Shown: in pieces, positions 16,237 through 18,039 of the stretch
How positions within the stretch are numbered: the first letter of the stretch is position 1
Layout of the letters: each line of letters opens with the position of its first letter
Virus record (IMG/VR): IMGVR_UViG_2693429706_000001
Reading direction: 5' to 3' (one strand)
DNA: 18,039 nucleotides
DNA from: a virus
Lineage: Duplodnaviria; Heunggongvirae; Uroviricota; Caudoviricetes
Position numbers and translations under genes: made by a program
The notes under the pieces: model-generated
What the model was told of the DNA's origin: nothing
The model's database searches: none
What the model saw: only the letters and a program-made list of their open reading frames with translations

Positions 16237-16452
16237 TCACTTTCTTAAATCTAACGATAGACGGCTAACATTTAAGTATTGTGAAATATTATCAAATGTA
16301 ATCATCATTGATTTACAAAAGATACATTTTGCCCCGAAAGGATTCCTGTCAGAAACATCAAAAGATGATGTTCTATACTGAGAACCATGGCAACACGGGC
16401 ATCTAAAGTGAATATGGTTTGTAATATTTTCTACCTCAAAGTGCCACAACAT
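16237..16452 (-). CDS. candidate zinc-ribbon small protein (71 aa; paired CPCC and CIFC motifs)
   Basis: ORF in a different frame whose ATG (16452) lies inside the last codons of csp (17-nt overlap); product [50 protein letters not shown].... Directly followed by a strong terminator. Position matches the small proteins reported next to cold-shock genes (YmcF/YnfQ type), but identity is not confirmed. Confidence 0.35.
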   Translation of the reverse strand: MLWHFEVENITNHIHFRCPCCHGSQYRTSSFDVSDRNPFGAKCIFCKSMMITFDNISQYLNVSRLSLDLRK

Positions 16453-16648
16453 GAACAGCCGCGGGGCCTTTAGGTCCGTTCTCAATACCAAATTCGACTT
16501 CCTGATTCTCAGTTAACGTTTTGAAATCGTTGCTCTGAATAGCTGAGAAATGGACAAACACATCTTTGCTACCATCTTTCGGCGTGATGAAACCAAAACC
16601 TTTTTCAGGGTTAAACCATTTCACTAAACCAGTCATTTTGTTAGACAT
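16436..16648 (-). CDS. cold-shock protein, CspA family (CspI/CspB-like)
   Basis: [70 protein letters not shown] has the RNP1 motif (KGFGFI) and RNP2 motif (VFVHF) of the cold-shock domain; AAGG Shine-Dalgarno upstream of a tandem ATG ATG. Confidence 0.93.
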   Translation of the reverse strand: MSNKMTGLVKWFNPEKGFGFITPKDGSKDVFVHFSAIQSNDFKTLTENQEVEFGIENGPKGPAAVHVVAL

Positions 16649-16850
16649 CATTATTACCTTTTGAAGAAGTTAGCCCTTGGGCAGAATGGTCCGAAAAAAA
16701 ATATCAGAGAGAAAAACCAACAAGGAAATCTCAAGAGGTACAAATAATAAAATTATAACAATGACTGCTTCAGATAATTTTGTAACAAACCAGAACACCA
16801 TTAACGCATGATTAACCAACCATAGCAAGGATTACTTTTGTAAAGAAAAA
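16649..16850 (-). promoter_or_regulatory. putative csp promoter and long AT-rich 5' leader
   Basis: About 360 nt of AT-rich non-coding sequence separates the Rz stop from the csp start. CspA-family genes characteristically have long regulatory 5' UTRs, but I did not locate exact promoter or cold-box motifs. Confidence 0.3.
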
Positions 16851-17011
16851 CACACGAATGAAACAATAGCTTTATTTATTAATAAAACGTGTCATTCTGT
16901 CTAATGACCTTTTATCTTACCCTTAAGATTTCAAGGATTTTGACTCATGGAAGAGTCCTTTTTATTTAAATTTCACATTCAGCGCTAAAAATAATCCGAT
17001 TTAATATTAAT

Positions 17012-18039
<1,028 letters not shown>

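Noticed and set aside
15981-16381. Plus-strand ORFs 15981..16166 and 16181..16381 in the csp cassette
   Set aside because: Antisense to minus-strand genes and to the terminator; AT-rich accidental frames with no ribosome-binding sites.
16942-16967. Hairpin GACTC-ATGGAA-GAGTC followed by a T-run on the plus strand, considered as a terminator
   Set aside because: Stem is only 5 bp, and the U-tract is on the plus strand, where no upstream gene exists in this window; it may be part of the csp leader structure instead.

Overview
The window holds three things. (1) Positions 1-1308 are a chromosomal ygeR-glyU locus typical of Escherichia/Enterobacteriaceae: an LysM/M23 lipoprotein gene and tRNA-Gly(CCC), followed by AT-rich sequence with one short signal-peptide ORF. 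(2) Positions 1309-1318 are a run of 10 N, i.e. an assembly gap. (3) Positions 1319-18039 are about 16.7 kb of the late region of a lambdoid prophage resembling Qin/DLP12/phage 21, entirely on the minus strand and in lambda late-operon order. Reading from high to low coordinates: SAR endolysin, Rz with embedded Rz1, a cold-shock/small-protein cargo cassette, small and large terminase, gpW-like protein, portal, a ClpP-protease/scaffold/major-capsid fusion, a DUF2190 protein, FII-like protein, Z, U, V, G/GT with a -1 frameshift, tape measure H, M, and L truncated by the gap. I found no CRISPR array, IS element, rRNA or clear multi-gene defence locus. The least-explained sequence is the cargo region between terminase and the lysis genes (14537-17011): two uncharacterised mini-ORFs, a zinc-ribbon mini-ORF overlapping the csp stop, and a GC-rich structured element upstream of terS. 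All family assignments rest on reading the translated ORFs and recalling lambda/E. coli K-12 proteins from memory; no database search was run, and several ORF-track first codons are TTG/GTG, so I re-derived starts from ATG plus Shine-Dalgarno context.
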